This document shows, one piece after another, positions 38,498 to 47,737 of a stretch of 64,000 bases of DNA. How positions within the stretch are numbered: the stretch's first letter is position 1; the number at the start of each line of letters is the position of its first letter. The notes under the pieces were generated by a model. That model saw only the letters and a list, made by a program, of their open reading frames with translations. It was not told where the DNA came from and did no database searches. A program made the position numbers and the translations under genes. Source of the stretch: Candidatus Binataceae bacterium (GTDB lineage: Bacteria > Desulfobacterota > Binatia > Binatales > Binataceae). Where the stretch lies: positions 56,014 to 120,013 of the forward strand of contig DATGHL010000045.1 in assembly GCA_035308025.1 (NCBI GenBank), given 5' to 3'.

Positions 38498-38530
38498 ATG
38501 CGGTACATCGCAACCCCACGAATAATTTGA
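38498..38530 (+). other. orphan duplicate of the BCCP gene start (10-codon remnant)
   Basis: CTGATGCGGTACATCGCAACC (38495-38515) versus CTGATGCGGTACGTTGCTACC (41392-41412). Each is preceded by GTGAAA. The remnant reads MRYIATPRII-stop. Confidence 0.6.
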
Positions 38531-38615
38531 TACCAACAAGACGGCTCGAGCGAATTAAATCAACTTCGAGCAGGAGTGCGCTCGACTGTTAATAGGGTTC
38601 AGTGAGTCGCGGCGG

Positions 38616-40145
38616 ATGCAATATGACGACATAATCGTTGGTGCCGGTTCCTCTGGTGCAGTCTTGGCTGCGCGTCTCAGTGAGGATCCGGTTCGTACGG
38701 TCCTGCTGCTTGAAGCCGGACCCGATTATCCAACAATCGGTCAGACACCGGATGATCTCCTGCACTCCTTTGCTTCGATGGCGGCCCATGATTGGGGATT
38801 AGCCGCGCAAGCGACTCCCGGTCGCGAAATCCCCTATCCGAGAGGTATGGTTACGGGTGGATCCTCGGCTGTCAACGCGACTATGGCGTTGCGCGGCACG
38901 CCACAGGATTTCGACGAATGGGTCGAATGGGGCAACGACGAGTGGAGTTTCGCGAAGGTTCTGCCATTCTATCGGAAGCTGGAAAACGACCGCGACTACT
39001 CCGGTGACTTTCACGGCACCAGTGGTCCAATCCTGATCGAGCGTTTGCCCAAACAGACCTGGCAGCCGATCGGCAGTGCTTTTTTCGAGGCCTGCCGTGC
39101 GACCGGCTTTGCCGAGGTAACAGACCACAACGATCCCGCTTCGACCGGCGTCGGTCCGACCCCGCGTAACCGTCACAACCAAGTACGCATCTCAACCGCG
39201 ATTGGCTATCTTGCTCCCGCACGCAATCGCCTTAACCTAACCATCCGTTCCGCAGTCAACGTCCACCGCGTTCTTGTCGAAAACGGGCGGGCCATCGGCG
39301 TCGAGCTTGAATGCGGTGGGGTTATCCAGCGTGTCCATGGGCTTCGCGTCACGATTTCGGCTGGCGCGATCAACTCGCCCGCTATGCTTATGCGGTCCGG
39401 TATCGGGCCTCACAATGAGCTTGAAGAACTAGGGATCAACTGCCTTCTGAACCTTGCGGGTGTTGGCAAAAACCTGATCGATCATCCGATGCTTTTTATT
39501 GCCGCCAAACCCGTTCCGGGCGTAGCGCACGATGTGGACGTTACAACACCGGTCATCGTGCGCTATACCGCCGGATCCTCTCGCGAATTCAATGACATGC
39601 AGTTAGGCGCGTACATTTTCTTCGACGAAGCGCTAATTCCTGGATTCTCGTGGCTAACCCCGCCGCCAATTGTACTTTTCACGCCGGGGCTGCAGCGTCC
39701 GCGCTCGCGCGGCCACCTTCGCTTGACCACCGCTGACCCGGACGTACCGCCTGAGATCCATATTAATTTTGTGAACGATTCAGAGGACGTCCGCAGGATG
39801 CTGGAGGGCGTTCGTATCGCTTGGCGCGTGATGCACGGGCCTCATCTGAGTCCGTATATCAAGGAGATCTTGGGGCTTACGCAGGAAATCGTCGATTCTG
39901 ATTCCGCGCTGGCGGATTTCATCCGCGACAACTGCACCACCAACTTTCATCCGGTCGCGACTGCGAGGATGGGACCCGAGAGCGATCGGATGGCGGTGGT
40001 CGATCAGTATTGCCGCGTGCATGGTGTCGAGGGTCTGCGCGTGGTCGATGCTTCCGTGATGCCGAACATCGTCCGCGCCAACACTAATCTCACTTGCATA
40101 ATGATCGGCGAGCGCGTCGCCCAGTGGATGCGCGCGCAGAAATAA
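38616..40145 (+). CDS. GMC-family FAD oxidoreductase (choline dehydrogenase-like)
   Basis: 509 aa; YDDIIVGAGSSGAVLAARLSED (FAD motif), GGSSAVNA and C-terminal HPVATARMG. Less G/C-biased codon usage than its neighbours. Confidence 0.8.
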   Translation: MQYDDIIVGAGSSGAVLAARLSEDPVRTVLLLEAGPDYPTIGQTPDDLLHSFASMAAHDWGLAAQATPGREIPYPRGMVTGGSSAVNATMALRGTPQDFDEWVEWGNDEWSFAKVLPFYRKLENDRDYSGDFHGTSGPILIERLPKQTWQPIGSAFFEACRATGFAEVTDHNDPASTGVGPTPRNRHNQVRISTAIGYLAPARNRLNLTIRSAVNVHRVLVENGRAIGVELECGGVIQRVHGLRVTISAGAINSPAMLMRSGIGPHNELEELGINCLLNLAGVGKNLIDHPMLFIAAKPVPGVAHDVDVTTPVIVRYTAGSSREFNDMQLGAYIFFDEALIPGFSWLTPPPIVLFTPGLQRPRSRGHLRLTTADPDVPPEIHINFVNDSEDVRRMLEGVRIAWRVMHGPHLSPYIKEILGLTQEIVDSDSALADFIRDNCTTNFHPVATARMGPESDRMAVVDQYCRVHGVEGLRVVDASVMPNIVRANTNLTCIMIGERVAQWMRAQK

Positions 40146-40309
40146 AACGTGGAGAAGTACAGAACGACTCAGAAAACACGTTGCTTTGATTAAACTAAAA
40201 CCGATGGAGGCAAGATGGCACACTTCCCGACAGATACCGGTGCTGATCCGCGAGCCCGTCGACTAGGGCGGTTAAGGAAGTTGCCCTACCGGACAGGCGG
40301 GAGAAAAAG

Positions 40310-41341
40310 ATGAGCGAGACGTCATCCGAGGTGGCAGCTCCCGCCGAGTTGAGCGGCATGACTCAGTTGGTCTATGGCCTGGTGACTACCCAGGCGATCT
40401 ACGTCGCGTCAAAACTGGCGATCGCTGACCTCGTCGCGGGTGCGCCCAAGACGGCTGACGAGTTGGCCGGCGCGACCAAGGCTCACGCGCCGTCGCTACT
40501 GCGCGTGCTTAGGATGCTCACCAGCGTCGGCGTCTTCTCCGAAGACGCCAGTGGGCGCTTCCATCAGACTCGACTGAGCGAACTCTTGCGCAGCGATCAC
40601 CCAAACACGATTCGTGCGCTCGCCTTGTTGGCAGGATCTCCATTCTTCCGGGGATCGACCGGGGAGCTTGAAGCGGCGGTCCTGAGCGGACGTTCCGGCT
40701 TCGAACGTCTCTTCGGAACAACTCTGTTCGAGTACTTCGGCGCGCACCCCGAGATCGCCGCCATCGCGCATGCTGGGATGACTTCAGGCTCGGCGATTGA
40801 CGCGCCTGCGGTGGTTGCAGCCTATGACTTTTCGCGCTTCGAACAAATCGTGGACATTGGCGGCGGTCGTGGCGCCCTGCTCCATGCAATCCTGGTCGCA
40901 AACCCCAACCTAAGCGGCATACTCGCCGACCAGTCGGCGGTGATCGCTGACGCGTCGGCGTTAAGAAGCGGACCGCTCGCGACTAGATGTCAGATCGTAG
41001 ACACGGATTTCTTCACCTCAGTTCCAGCGGGAGCGGACGCCTACATAATGAAGTGGATTCTTCACGACTGGAACGATGACGACGCTTCGAAGATCCTCAA
41101 AAACTGTCGGCGCGCGATTCGACCTGATGGGAAGCTCCTGATAGTTGACTCGGTCTTGAAACCCTCCAACGAACCCGACCCGGGTAAGGTAATGGACCTG
41201 ATTATGCTAGCGATGGCCCCAGGCGGCAGAGAGCGAACGGAAGCCGAGTTCGCACGACTCCTTGCTCAGGCGGGCTTTTCGCTTACACGCGTGATTCCAA
41301 CCTCGGGCGCGTTGTCGATTGTCGAGAGCCAGCCGGCGTAG
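40310..41341 (+). CDS. class I O-methyltransferase (dimerisation + Methyltransf_2, COMT/ASMT-like)
   Basis: 343 aa; SAM motif IVDIGGGRGALL, acidic DTDFF, and YIMKWILHDWNDDD. Confidence 0.75.
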   Translation: MSETSSEVAAPAELSGMTQLVYGLVTTQAIYVASKLAIADLVAGAPKTADELAGATKAHAPSLLRVLRMLTSVGVFSEDASGRFHQTRLSELLRSDHPNTIRALALLAGSPFFRGSTGELEAAVLSGRSGFERLFGTTLFEYFGAHPEIAAIAHAGMTSGSAIDAPAVVAAYDFSRFEQIVDIGGGRGALLHAILVANPNLSGILADQSAVIADASALRSGPLATRCQIVDTDFFTSVPAGADAYIMKWILHDWNDDDASKILKNCRRAIRPDGKLLIVDSVLKPSNEPDPGKVMDLIMLAMAPGGRERTEAEFARLLAQAGFSLTRVIPTSGALSIVESQPA

Positions 41342-41394
41342 CCGCAATCTCGGGCGCTAACTCCACGCGGGCGGTGAAAAGTGAAGAATCCCTG

Positions 41395-41895
41395 ATGCGG
41401 TACGTTGCTACCATCGATGGCGCTGAGCACGAGCTCGAGATCGAAGAGGTGACCGGGCATTCGCTCAGGATCACCTTGGGCGATAGTCAGTTCGAGGCCG
41501 ACGTGCGCCGCGCCGGCCATTCCGCTTTTTCGATCATCGTCGGCGATCGCGCCTTCGACCTCGAGGTGTCGCGCCAGGCCGACGAACTGGTGGTCGGTGC
41601 GCGCGGGATCGCGACGCGAGTCACGCTGCAGGACACCGCGCGGCGCGCACGGCGCGCCTCCACGCGCGAGCACGCCGGCGGCCGCGTGGAACTCAAGGCT
41701 ATGATGCCCGGCCGAGTCGTCAATCTGTTGGTCAAGGTCGGCGACGACGTCGTCGCTCAGCAGGGCGTGGTAGTGGTCGAAGCGATGAAGATGGAAAATG
41801 AACTCAAGTCGCCCAAGGCCGGCAAAGTGACGGAGATTAAAGTCGCGGCCGGCCAGACCGTCGAAAAGGGCGAGTTACTTTTGATCATCGAATAG
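41395..41895 (+). CDS. biotin carboxyl carrier / biotinyl-domain protein
   Basis: ATG 41395 (the tracked GTG 41374 is also possible). C-terminal biotinylation motif VVVEAMKMENELKSPKAGKV. Confidence 0.75.
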   Translation: MRYVATIDGAEHELEIEEVTGHSLRITLGDSQFEADVRRAGHSAFSIIVGDRAFDLEVSRQADELVVGARGIATRVTLQDTARRARRASTREHAGGRVELKAMMPGRVVNLLVKVGDDVVAQQGVVVVEAMKMENELKSPKAGKVTEIKVAAGQTVEKGELLLIIE

Positions 41896-41904
41896 GCGAT
41901 CATC

Positions 41905-43578
41905 ATGGCCGACAACGACAAAACGATCGCGCAGGCGCGCAAAGAGTGGGCGGATAAGCGCGTCGCGCCGGCGCTCAAGCGCGGCGCCGAACGGCGCGAA
42001 CGCTTCGCGACCAGCTCCGGGATCGAGGTTAAACGCGAATACGATCCCGAGGATCTGAACGGCTTCGATTTCCTCAATGAGCTCGGTTTTCCCGGCGAGT
42101 TTCCCTTCACGCGCGGCGTGCAGCCGACGATGTATCGCGGGCGGCTCTGGACGATGCGCCAGTATGCGGGTTTCGGCGACGCGGAAGAATCGAATCGCCG
42201 TTATCGCTATCTGTTCGCCAACGGGCAGACCGGCCTTTCCGTCGCCTTCGACCTGCCGACCCAGATGGGACGCGATGCGGACCATCCACTCGCCCGCGGC
42301 GAGGTTGGCCGCGTCGGCGTCGCGATCGGCTCGCTTGAGGATATGGAGACGCTGCTAGCGGAATTGCCGCTCGACAAGATCTCAACCTCGATGACGATCA
42401 ACGCGACTGCATCGATACTGCTCGCGCTGTACCTGGTCGCGGCGGAGCGCCGGGGGGTCGGTTGGGACAAGCTCAACGGCACGATCCAGAACGACATCCT
42501 GAAGGAATATATCGCGCGCGGCACTTACATTTATCCACCGCGCGGATCGATGCGCATCATCACGGATATCTTCGCCTTCGCCAGCCGCGAGGTTTCGAAC
42601 TGGAATACGATCTCGATCTCCGGCTATCACATCCGCGAAGCGGGCTCGACCGCGGCGCAGGAACTGGCCTTCACGATCGCCGATGGGATCGCCTACGTCG
42701 AGGCGGCGATCAAGGCCGGGTTGAAGGTTGACGATTTCGCCAGCCGGCTCTCATTTTTCTTCAATGTGCACAACAATTTTTTCGAGGAGATCGCGAAATT
42801 TCGCGTCGCCCGCCGCCTGTGGGCGCGAATCATGAAAGAACGCTTCGGCGCGCGCGACGAACGCTCGATGATGATGCGATTTCACGCCCAGACCGCGGGC
42901 TCGACGCTGACCGCACAGCAGCTTGATAACAACGTCGTGCGCGTGACCCTGCAGGCGCTGGCCGCGGTGCTCGGCGGCGCACAATCGCTGCACACGAACT
43001 CGCGCGACGAGGCGCTGGCGCTGCCGAGTGAAAACTCCGCGCTGCTGGCCTTGCGCACGCAGCAGGTGATCGCACATGAGTCGGACGTCGCGGACACCGT
43101 CGATCCGCTGGGCGGGTCGTACTACGTCGAGACGTTAACGTCGGAGCTGGAACGCAAAACCCTTGAATACCTCGGCAAGATCGACGATCTCGGCGGCGCC
43201 GTGGCCGCGATCGAGCGCGGCTATCCGCAGCGCGAAATCCACAACGCCGCCTTCATCTATCAGCGCGAGATCGAACTCAAGCAACGGATCATCGTCGGCG
43301 TCAACGATTTCAAGACCGGCGTCGAGCCGCCCGCCGATATCCTCAAGGTCAACCCGGCGACCGAGGAGAAGCAATGCGCGCGGCTCGCGCGGATTCGCGC
43401 GGAGCGCGATCAAGTTGCAGTGCGCGTCGCGCTGGCGCGCGTCGAAGAGACTGCGCGTGGTGACGGCAATCTGATGGCGCCGATTATCGAAGCCGTGCGC
43501 AGTTGGGCAACGCTCGGCGAGATCGCGGATGCGATGCGCGTCGTCTTCGGCGAATATCGTCCGTCCAGTGAAGTCTAG
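41905..43578 (+). CDS. methylmalonyl-CoA mutase family, catalytic (N-terminal) subunit without B12-binding domain
   Basis: 557 aa; [39 protein letters not shown] and [12 protein letters not shown]. It ends before the cobalamin-binding module. Confidence 0.85.
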   Translation: MADNDKTIAQARKEWADKRVAPALKRGAERRERFATSSGIEVKREYDPEDLNGFDFLNELGFPGEFPFTRGVQPTMYRGRLWTMRQYAGFGDAEESNRRYRYLFANGQTGLSVAFDLPTQMGRDADHPLARGEVGRVGVAIGSLEDMETLLAELPLDKISTSMTINATASILLALYLVAAERRGVGWDKLNGTIQNDILKEYIARGTYIYPPRGSMRIITDIFAFASREVSNWNTISISGYHIREAGSTAAQELAFTIADGIAYVEAAIKAGLKVDDFASRLSFFFNVHNNFFEEIAKFRVARRLWARIMKERFGARDERSMMMRFHAQTAGSTLTAQQLDNNVVRVTLQALAAVLGGAQSLHTNSRDEALALPSENSALLALRTQQVIAHESDVADTVDPLGGSYYVETLTSELERKTLEYLGKIDDLGGAVAAIERGYPQREIHNAAFIYQREIELKQRIIVGVNDFKTGVEPPADILKVNPATEEKQCARLARIRAERDQVAVRVALARVEETARGDGNLMAPIIEAVRSWATLGEIADAMRVVFGEYRPSSEV

Positions 43579-43677
43579 GTGAAATTTGCCGTGGTGCTCC
43601 GGATGACGCTTTATTCCGAGCCGTTGGTCTGAAACTATTGATGCAACATTCGGTGAAGGGCGGGGTACAGCGAATCG

Positions 43678-44241
43678 ATGGGGCCACTACCAAAAGGGGT
43701 TTTTCTCACCAAGGGCGTCGGACGGCATCGCGAAAAGCTCACGGCGTTCGAGCTGTCGCTGCGCTCGGCGGGTATCGCCGAGTACAACCTGGTCCGCGTC
43801 AAATCGATCTTCCCGCCCAACTGCAAGCTGATTGCGCCCGAAGAAGGCCGGCGTTACCTGACCCCAGGGCAGATCGTTTTCGCCGTGATGAGCGACAATG
43901 CGATCGACGAGCCGCATCGCCTGATCGCCGCCTCGGTCGGGGTCGCTATCCCAGCGAATCCGGCCCATTACGGCTACCTCTCCGAGCATCACAGTTACGG
44001 TGAGCCCGAGCAGAAGGCAGGCGACTACGCGGAAGATTTGGCCGCGATGATGCTCGCAACGATCCTCGGCGTCGATTTCGATCCCAATTCAAGCTACGAC
44101 GAGCGCAAGGATGTCTGGCGGGTGTCCGACAAGATCGTCAAGACCCGTAACGTCACGCAATCCGCGATTGGCGATCGCGACGGGCTGTGGACCTCCGTAG
44201 TCGCCGCCGCGGTTTTCGTCGATCTGCCCAACGGGAAATAG
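43678..44241 (+). CDS. pdaD: pyruvoyl-dependent arginine decarboxylase
   Basis: 187 aa; FLTKGVGRHREKLTAFELSLRSAGIAEYNLVRVKSIFPP parallels the PdaD/AaxB self-cleavage region. Confidence 0.65.
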   Translation: MGPLPKGVFLTKGVGRHREKLTAFELSLRSAGIAEYNLVRVKSIFPPNCKLIAPEEGRRYLTPGQIVFAVMSDNAIDEPHRLIAASVGVAIPANPAHYGYLSEHHSYGEPEQKAGDYAEDLAAMMLATILGVDFDPNSSYDERKDVWRVSDKIVKTRNVTQSAIGDRDGLWTSVVAAAVFVDLPNGK

Positions 44242-44280
44242 GATGCCGGACGGGCGCAACGAAAGCTGCGAAGTACTGCG

Positions 44281-44310
44281 TTGACATAAGTTCGGTGCGA
44301 CGGCTATTTG
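44281..44310 (+). promoter_or_regulatory. candidate sigma-70 promoter for the SelW-like gene
   Basis: Perfect -35 TTGACA (44281-44286), 18 nt, then TATTTG (44305-44310), about 35 nt upstream of ATG 44344. Confidence 0.3.
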
Positions 44311-44343
44311 AGTCGTGATGCGGGCCGTATTACTCTTAAGAAT

Positions 44344-44577
44344 ATGGCCACCGAAATCCTCTACTGCGTACCGTGAGGCTACGAAGCTCGGGCGGCCAGT
44401 CTGGCCGCGTCGCTCAAATCGCAATTCGGCGAAGACGTTCAAATCCGGCCCGGCAAGACCGGACAGTTTGACGTTATTACCGACGGTAAGAAGATCTTCT
44501 CCAAGGCCGATACTGGGCGCTTCCCGCTGGAAGACGAAGTGGAAGCGAAGTTCGGCGCTCTTCAGTCCCGCAGGTAA
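44344..44577 (+). CDS. SelW/Rdx-family selenoprotein (CxxU)
   Basis: Missed by the ORF track. ATG 44344 gives MATEILYCVP-U(TGA 44374-44376)-GYEARAASLAASLKSQFGEDVQIRPGKTGQFDVITDGKKIFSKADTGRFPLEDEVEAKFGALQSRR-TAA. This is the classical Rdx layout: beta1-CxxU-helix, then G.FeV..dG..ifSK...g.FP. Confidence 0.8.
44392..44408 (+). promoter_or_regulatory. SECIS-like hairpin downstream of the SelW-like UGA
   Basis: RNA GCGGCCA-GUC-UGGCCGC; a perfect 7-bp stem starting at +16 after UGA, with the loop at +23 to +25. Confidence 0.65.
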
Positions 44578-44906
44578 CCTTTAATTTCACCTCGCCCGAG
44601 CCTTGACCCCGGAGTGCTTGGCTGGTTAGCATTGGCACATTCTATGCTTTAGCATCATAGGATGGTAGCTGACGACCAACCTTGTTTTACCGACGCTTCT
44701 AGGCCAGATCGGCGACCATTAGTGAGGTCGGGTGACTAAAACGGTTGTTGTGGATAACCTCCCGCCTTATCCTATGCTCTGGCTTGTATTTACCTACGCT
44801 AGGTTATATTCACGGAAAATCTGGTGCGATCGTAGGCGGAAATGTTACAATGATGTTACAGGGCTAACTCACCGAAATGGCGGCCTGACTGAAAGGGATA
44901 ATAGGC

Positions 44907-45728
44907 ATGAGCAGCGCTTCAAACCTCAATTTCCTCAACCTCATTCAGGAACTGAAAGTCTTTGGCGAATTCGCGAAATTCGCAGGCAATGCCTGGACTT
45001 GGCCACTTGGCCGCCGCAGCAAGCATCCCCGCGTCATTCTACTAATCCCCGGCTTCCTGGCGGGTGACGCGACGCTCTATCCTTTCGCCAACTGGCTGCG
45101 CTCGCAGGGCCATCGAGTCTTCTTCTCGGGCATTCTGGCAAATATCGATTGTCCGCGTCGGGCCATGGATCGGCTCGGACGCATTCTGCAGGGATTGTAT
45201 GACCGTCACGATGAGAAATTAGTGGTGATTGGCCACAGCCTCGGCGGGGTCTACGCGCGGGAATTGGCGCGGCGGGCGCCCGATCAAGTCGAACAGACGA
45301 TCCTGCTCGCGTCGCCGGTCGGCAAGGTCGGGGAGCGGACGAACCCGTTCGTCCACATGCTCGCGACCTTCACGATGAAGTCGCAGGAATTTATGCGCGG
45401 ATGTTCGGGTGATCTACGCGATGTGTGCGGCGTACATTCGCCGACGCCGCCGCCGAACGTCCCCGAAGCGATCATCTTCTCGAAAGCCGACGGCGTGGTG
45501 GACTGGAGCAGTTGCCTGGAATCGGGTCCGAACGTTGAGGCCTTCGAAGTGAACGCAACCCATTGCGGCCTGCCCTACAATCTCGACACGCTGCGTATCG
45601 TGCACGATCTGATCGAGAATGGGCAGACGCCTCGCGAGCGCAAGGCGCGCGGCGGCAAAGCCTCGGTCAACAGCAAAGTGCCGTCTATTGGCAGCAGACA
45701 CGCCAACGGCGCAGCAGCCGCCTCTTAG
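44907..45728 (+). CDS. alpha/beta hydrolase, lipase/esterase-like
   Basis: 273 aa; GHSLGG nucleophile elbow and LLIPGFLAGD. Preceded by a 330-nt AT-rich spacer. Confidence 0.65.
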   Translation: MSSASNLNFLNLIQELKVFGEFAKFAGNAWTWPLGRRSKHPRVILLIPGFLAGDATLYPFANWLRSQGHRVFFSGILANIDCPRRAMDRLGRILQGLYDRHDEKLVVIGHSLGGVYARELARRAPDQVEQTILLASPVGKVGERTNPFVHMLATFTMKSQEFMRGCSGDLRDVCGVHSPTPPPNVPEAIIFSKADGVVDWSSCLESGPNVEAFEVNATHCGLPYNLDTLRIVHDLIENGQTPRERKARGGKASVNSKVPSIGSRHANGAAAAS

Positions 45729-45760
45729 CAGGCGGTTGAAAAAAAACTTCAACTGGAAGG

Positions 45761-45875
45761 TTGACGCAGCTCGCGGACCGCTAACCTCGGCCGCGCGCGT
45801 CGCGGACTCGTTTCCCGCGATGCAGCTCGCGGACTCGTCTCCCCCGACGCAGCTCGCGGACTCGCCTGCGCTACA
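45761..45875 (-). repeat. dispersed GC-rich repeat, locus E (four tandem core copies)
   Basis: TTGACGCAGCTCGCGGACCG (45761), GCGTCGCGGACTCG (45797), GATGCAGCTCGCGGACTCG (45819) and GACGCAGCTCGCGGACTCGCCTGCG (45846). Confidence 0.75.
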
Positions 45876-46012
45876 CTTCGTTCAACCGCGACTTCTCACA
45901 CAGAATCATCCCTACTTTTGATTCGCTGTTACAGGCCACTAAGTCGTTTGGACAGAACGCAGTGGTAGCCTCTCTCTTGGTTGTGTTCCGCTTCGCTAAC
46001 CTGGTGTCTCTG

Positions 46013-46897
46013 CTAGCGTAGCGCACGATTGCGTTCGACCACCGGAGTGAAGCGCTTGATCAGATCGAGCGCATGGCCGTCGGCGGTGGCGGCGACGGTT
46101 TGCTGCGAGAGCAGGACGATGCGTTCGCAGCCGGCGTCGCGCCACCACTTGAGGTCTTCGGTGGAGGGGCCGTGCTCCTGCGGATCGACCAGCGGCGAGA
46201 TGTGGACCGCGTTTTCGTCGCGGCCTTGCTCCCTGAGGAGCTTGCGCAGCGTGGCGACGTCGCGCTTGAGCTCGGCCGGGTCCTGGATGAGCGGCATCCA
46301 GCCGTCGTAGCTGCGGGCGACGCGTTCAAGCGCCTTGGGGCCGTGCGCGCCGAGAATTACCGGCGGGCCGGGCTGCTGCACGGGCCGCGGCTCGCAGCGC
46401 AGGTTCTCAAAGCGCACCAACTCTCCGGCATAAGAGGCAGTGCCCTGGCTCCAGAGCGCGCGCATCGCTTCGATACCCTCGCGCGTGCGCTTCCAGCGTG
46501 TGCCGAACTTCGCGCCCATCGCTTCGGTTTCTTCGCGCAACCAGCCGGCGCCGATCCCAAAGAGGAAACGGCCGCCGGAAAGGAGGTCGAGGCTGGCGAC
46601 GGTTTTCGCGGTGATCAGAGTCTCGCGCTCGGGAATCAAGCAGATGCCTGTGCCGAGCTTGATCTTTTTAGTGACTGCCGCGGCGGCAGCGAGGCCGACA
46701 AAGGGGTCGGCCCAGCGGCCATAGTGTTCCGGCAGCTTGCCGTTGTCGGTGAAGGGGAAGATTGTTTTCATCGCGGCGGGAATTACCGGATGCTCGGGAA
46801 TCCAGAGCGAATCAAAACCGGCGGCCTCGGTTGCGCGCGCGATCTCCGCGATATCGCCGCCCCGCGCCGTCATCGCCGCCAAAAAACCTATTTCCAT
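46013..46897 (-). CDS. LLM-class F420-dependent oxidoreductase
   Basis: 294 aa; AGFDSLWIPEHP, SLDLLSGGRFLFGIGAGW and GPPVILGAHGPKALERVAR. Confidence 0.75.
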   Translation of the reverse strand: MEIGFLAAMTARGGDIAEIARATEAAGFDSLWIPEHPVIPAAMKTIFPFTDNGKLPEHYGRWADPFVGLAAAAAVTKKIKLGTGICLIPERETLITAKTVASLDLLSGGRFLFGIGAGWLREETEAMGAKFGTRWKRTREGIEAMRALWSQGTASYAGELVRFENLRCEPRPVQQPGPPVILGAHGPKALERVARSYDGWMPLIQDPAELKRDVATLRKLLREQGRDENAVHISPLVDPQEHGPSTEDLKWWRDAGCERIVLLSQQTVAATADGHALDLIKRFTPVVERNRALR

Positions 46898-47064
46898 TTT
46901 CGGTTTCTCTCCTGATGTTGAGTGTTAACCCGCTCGTCTTCTCCGCGTACCGATATATTGATCGGATTTGCAAGGGTGCAGCCGGCAACGAGGAGAATAA
47001 TCGCGCAACCCATGCGTAACGTACAAGGGCCTCAGCGTCGGCGAGATCGCGGCGCGAGCTAACG

Positions 47065-47162
47065 AAGAATCTTGACGCAGCTCGCGGACTCCTGACGTAG
47101 GCCGCGCGTCGCAGACTCCGCCCCCCGTGCGCGCTTTGCGCTGCTGCCGCGCTCCGCTAGCG
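47065..47162 (-). repeat. dispersed GC-rich repeat, copy D
   Basis: AAGAATCTTGACGCAGCTCGCGGACTC ... GGCCGCGCGTCGCAGACTCCGCCCCCC ... GCCGCGCTCCGCTAGCG. It combines both modules of the family, in reverse orientation. Confidence 0.8.
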
Positions 47163-47244
47163 TTGGGCGCGCGTATGCGCTTATGCTCGACGTGGCCGGC
47201 GGTTTCCGGATTAAAACCGGACGCCTGGCGAAGAGGAGGAGTGC

Positions 47245-47487
47245 ATGTCGATCATTGGTTGGATAATTCTTGGACTCATCTCGGGCTTTATCGCGAGTAA
47301 AATCGTGAACAAGAGCGGCGAAGGGTTGGTGCGCGATATATTGTTAGGCGTGGTGGGCGCGCTGGTGGGCGGCTTTCTGTTCACCCATTTGGGCGCAGCC
47401 GGCGTCTCGGGCGTAAATCTATACAGTATGTTCGTCTCAGTGATCGGCGCGATCATCGTACTGGTGGCGTATCACGCTATCGTCTAG
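47245..47487 (+). CDS. GlsB/YeaQ/YmgE-family stress membrane protein
   Basis: 80 aa; IIGWIILGLISGFIASKIV, DILLGVVGALVGGFLF. Confidence 0.7.
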   Translation: MSIIGWIILGLISGFIASKIVNKSGEGLVRDILLGVVGALVGGFLFTHLGAAGVSGVNLYSMFVSVIGAIIVLVAYHAIV

Positions 47488-47498
47488 GAGATCGGACA

Positions 47499-47696
47499 GT
47501 GACGCTGATTAATATCGTAGTCGTGCTGCTTGTGATTGGCGTTTTGCTCTGGCTGATCAATACGTACGTGCCGATGGCGGGCGGCATCAAGACGCTGCTC
47601 AACCTGGTGGTTTTCCTGGTCGTCTTGATATGGCTGCTGCAATTATTCGGGCTGATCGGGAATATTCCAGGGGTTCACATTCCGCGCTTGATGTAA
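47499..47696 (+). CDS. small two-TM membrane protein (Thivi_2564-like)
   Basis: 65 aa; GTG after GGAGAT; MTLINIVVVLLVIGVLLWLINTYVPM...VVFLVVLIWLLQLFGL. Confidence 0.5.
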   Translation: MTLINIVVVLLVIGVLLWLINTYVPMAGGIKTLLNLVVFLVVLIWLLQLFGLIGNIPGVHIPRLM

Positions 47697-47737
47697 AAGT
47701 ATCGGGCTGCGCGGACGAGTGCGGTGTGGAGGGATTT

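Noticed and set aside
44315-44584. The tracked 89-aa ORF MMRAVLLLRIWPPKSSTAYRE....
   Set aside because: It is the wrong frame of the SelW-like gene, with an Arg/Ser/Pro-rich translation and no motif. The +2 frame gives a convincing Rdx-family protein once TGA is read as Sec.
44578-44906. A possible tRNA or tRNA-Sec or other structured RNA in the AT-rich spacer next to the SelW-like gene.
   Set aside because: I could not fold a cloverleaf, found no UCA anticodon-loop context and no long acceptor stem by eye. Only short palindromes are present (ATGCT-TT-AGCAT). A tRNAscan/Infernal run would settle it.
45761-45875. Tandem GACGCAGCTCGCGGACTCG copies as a small CRISPR array.
   Set aside because: The units are about 20 nt with irregular, very short spacers. 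The same core occurs singly at six other loci in both orientations. No cas genes are present.
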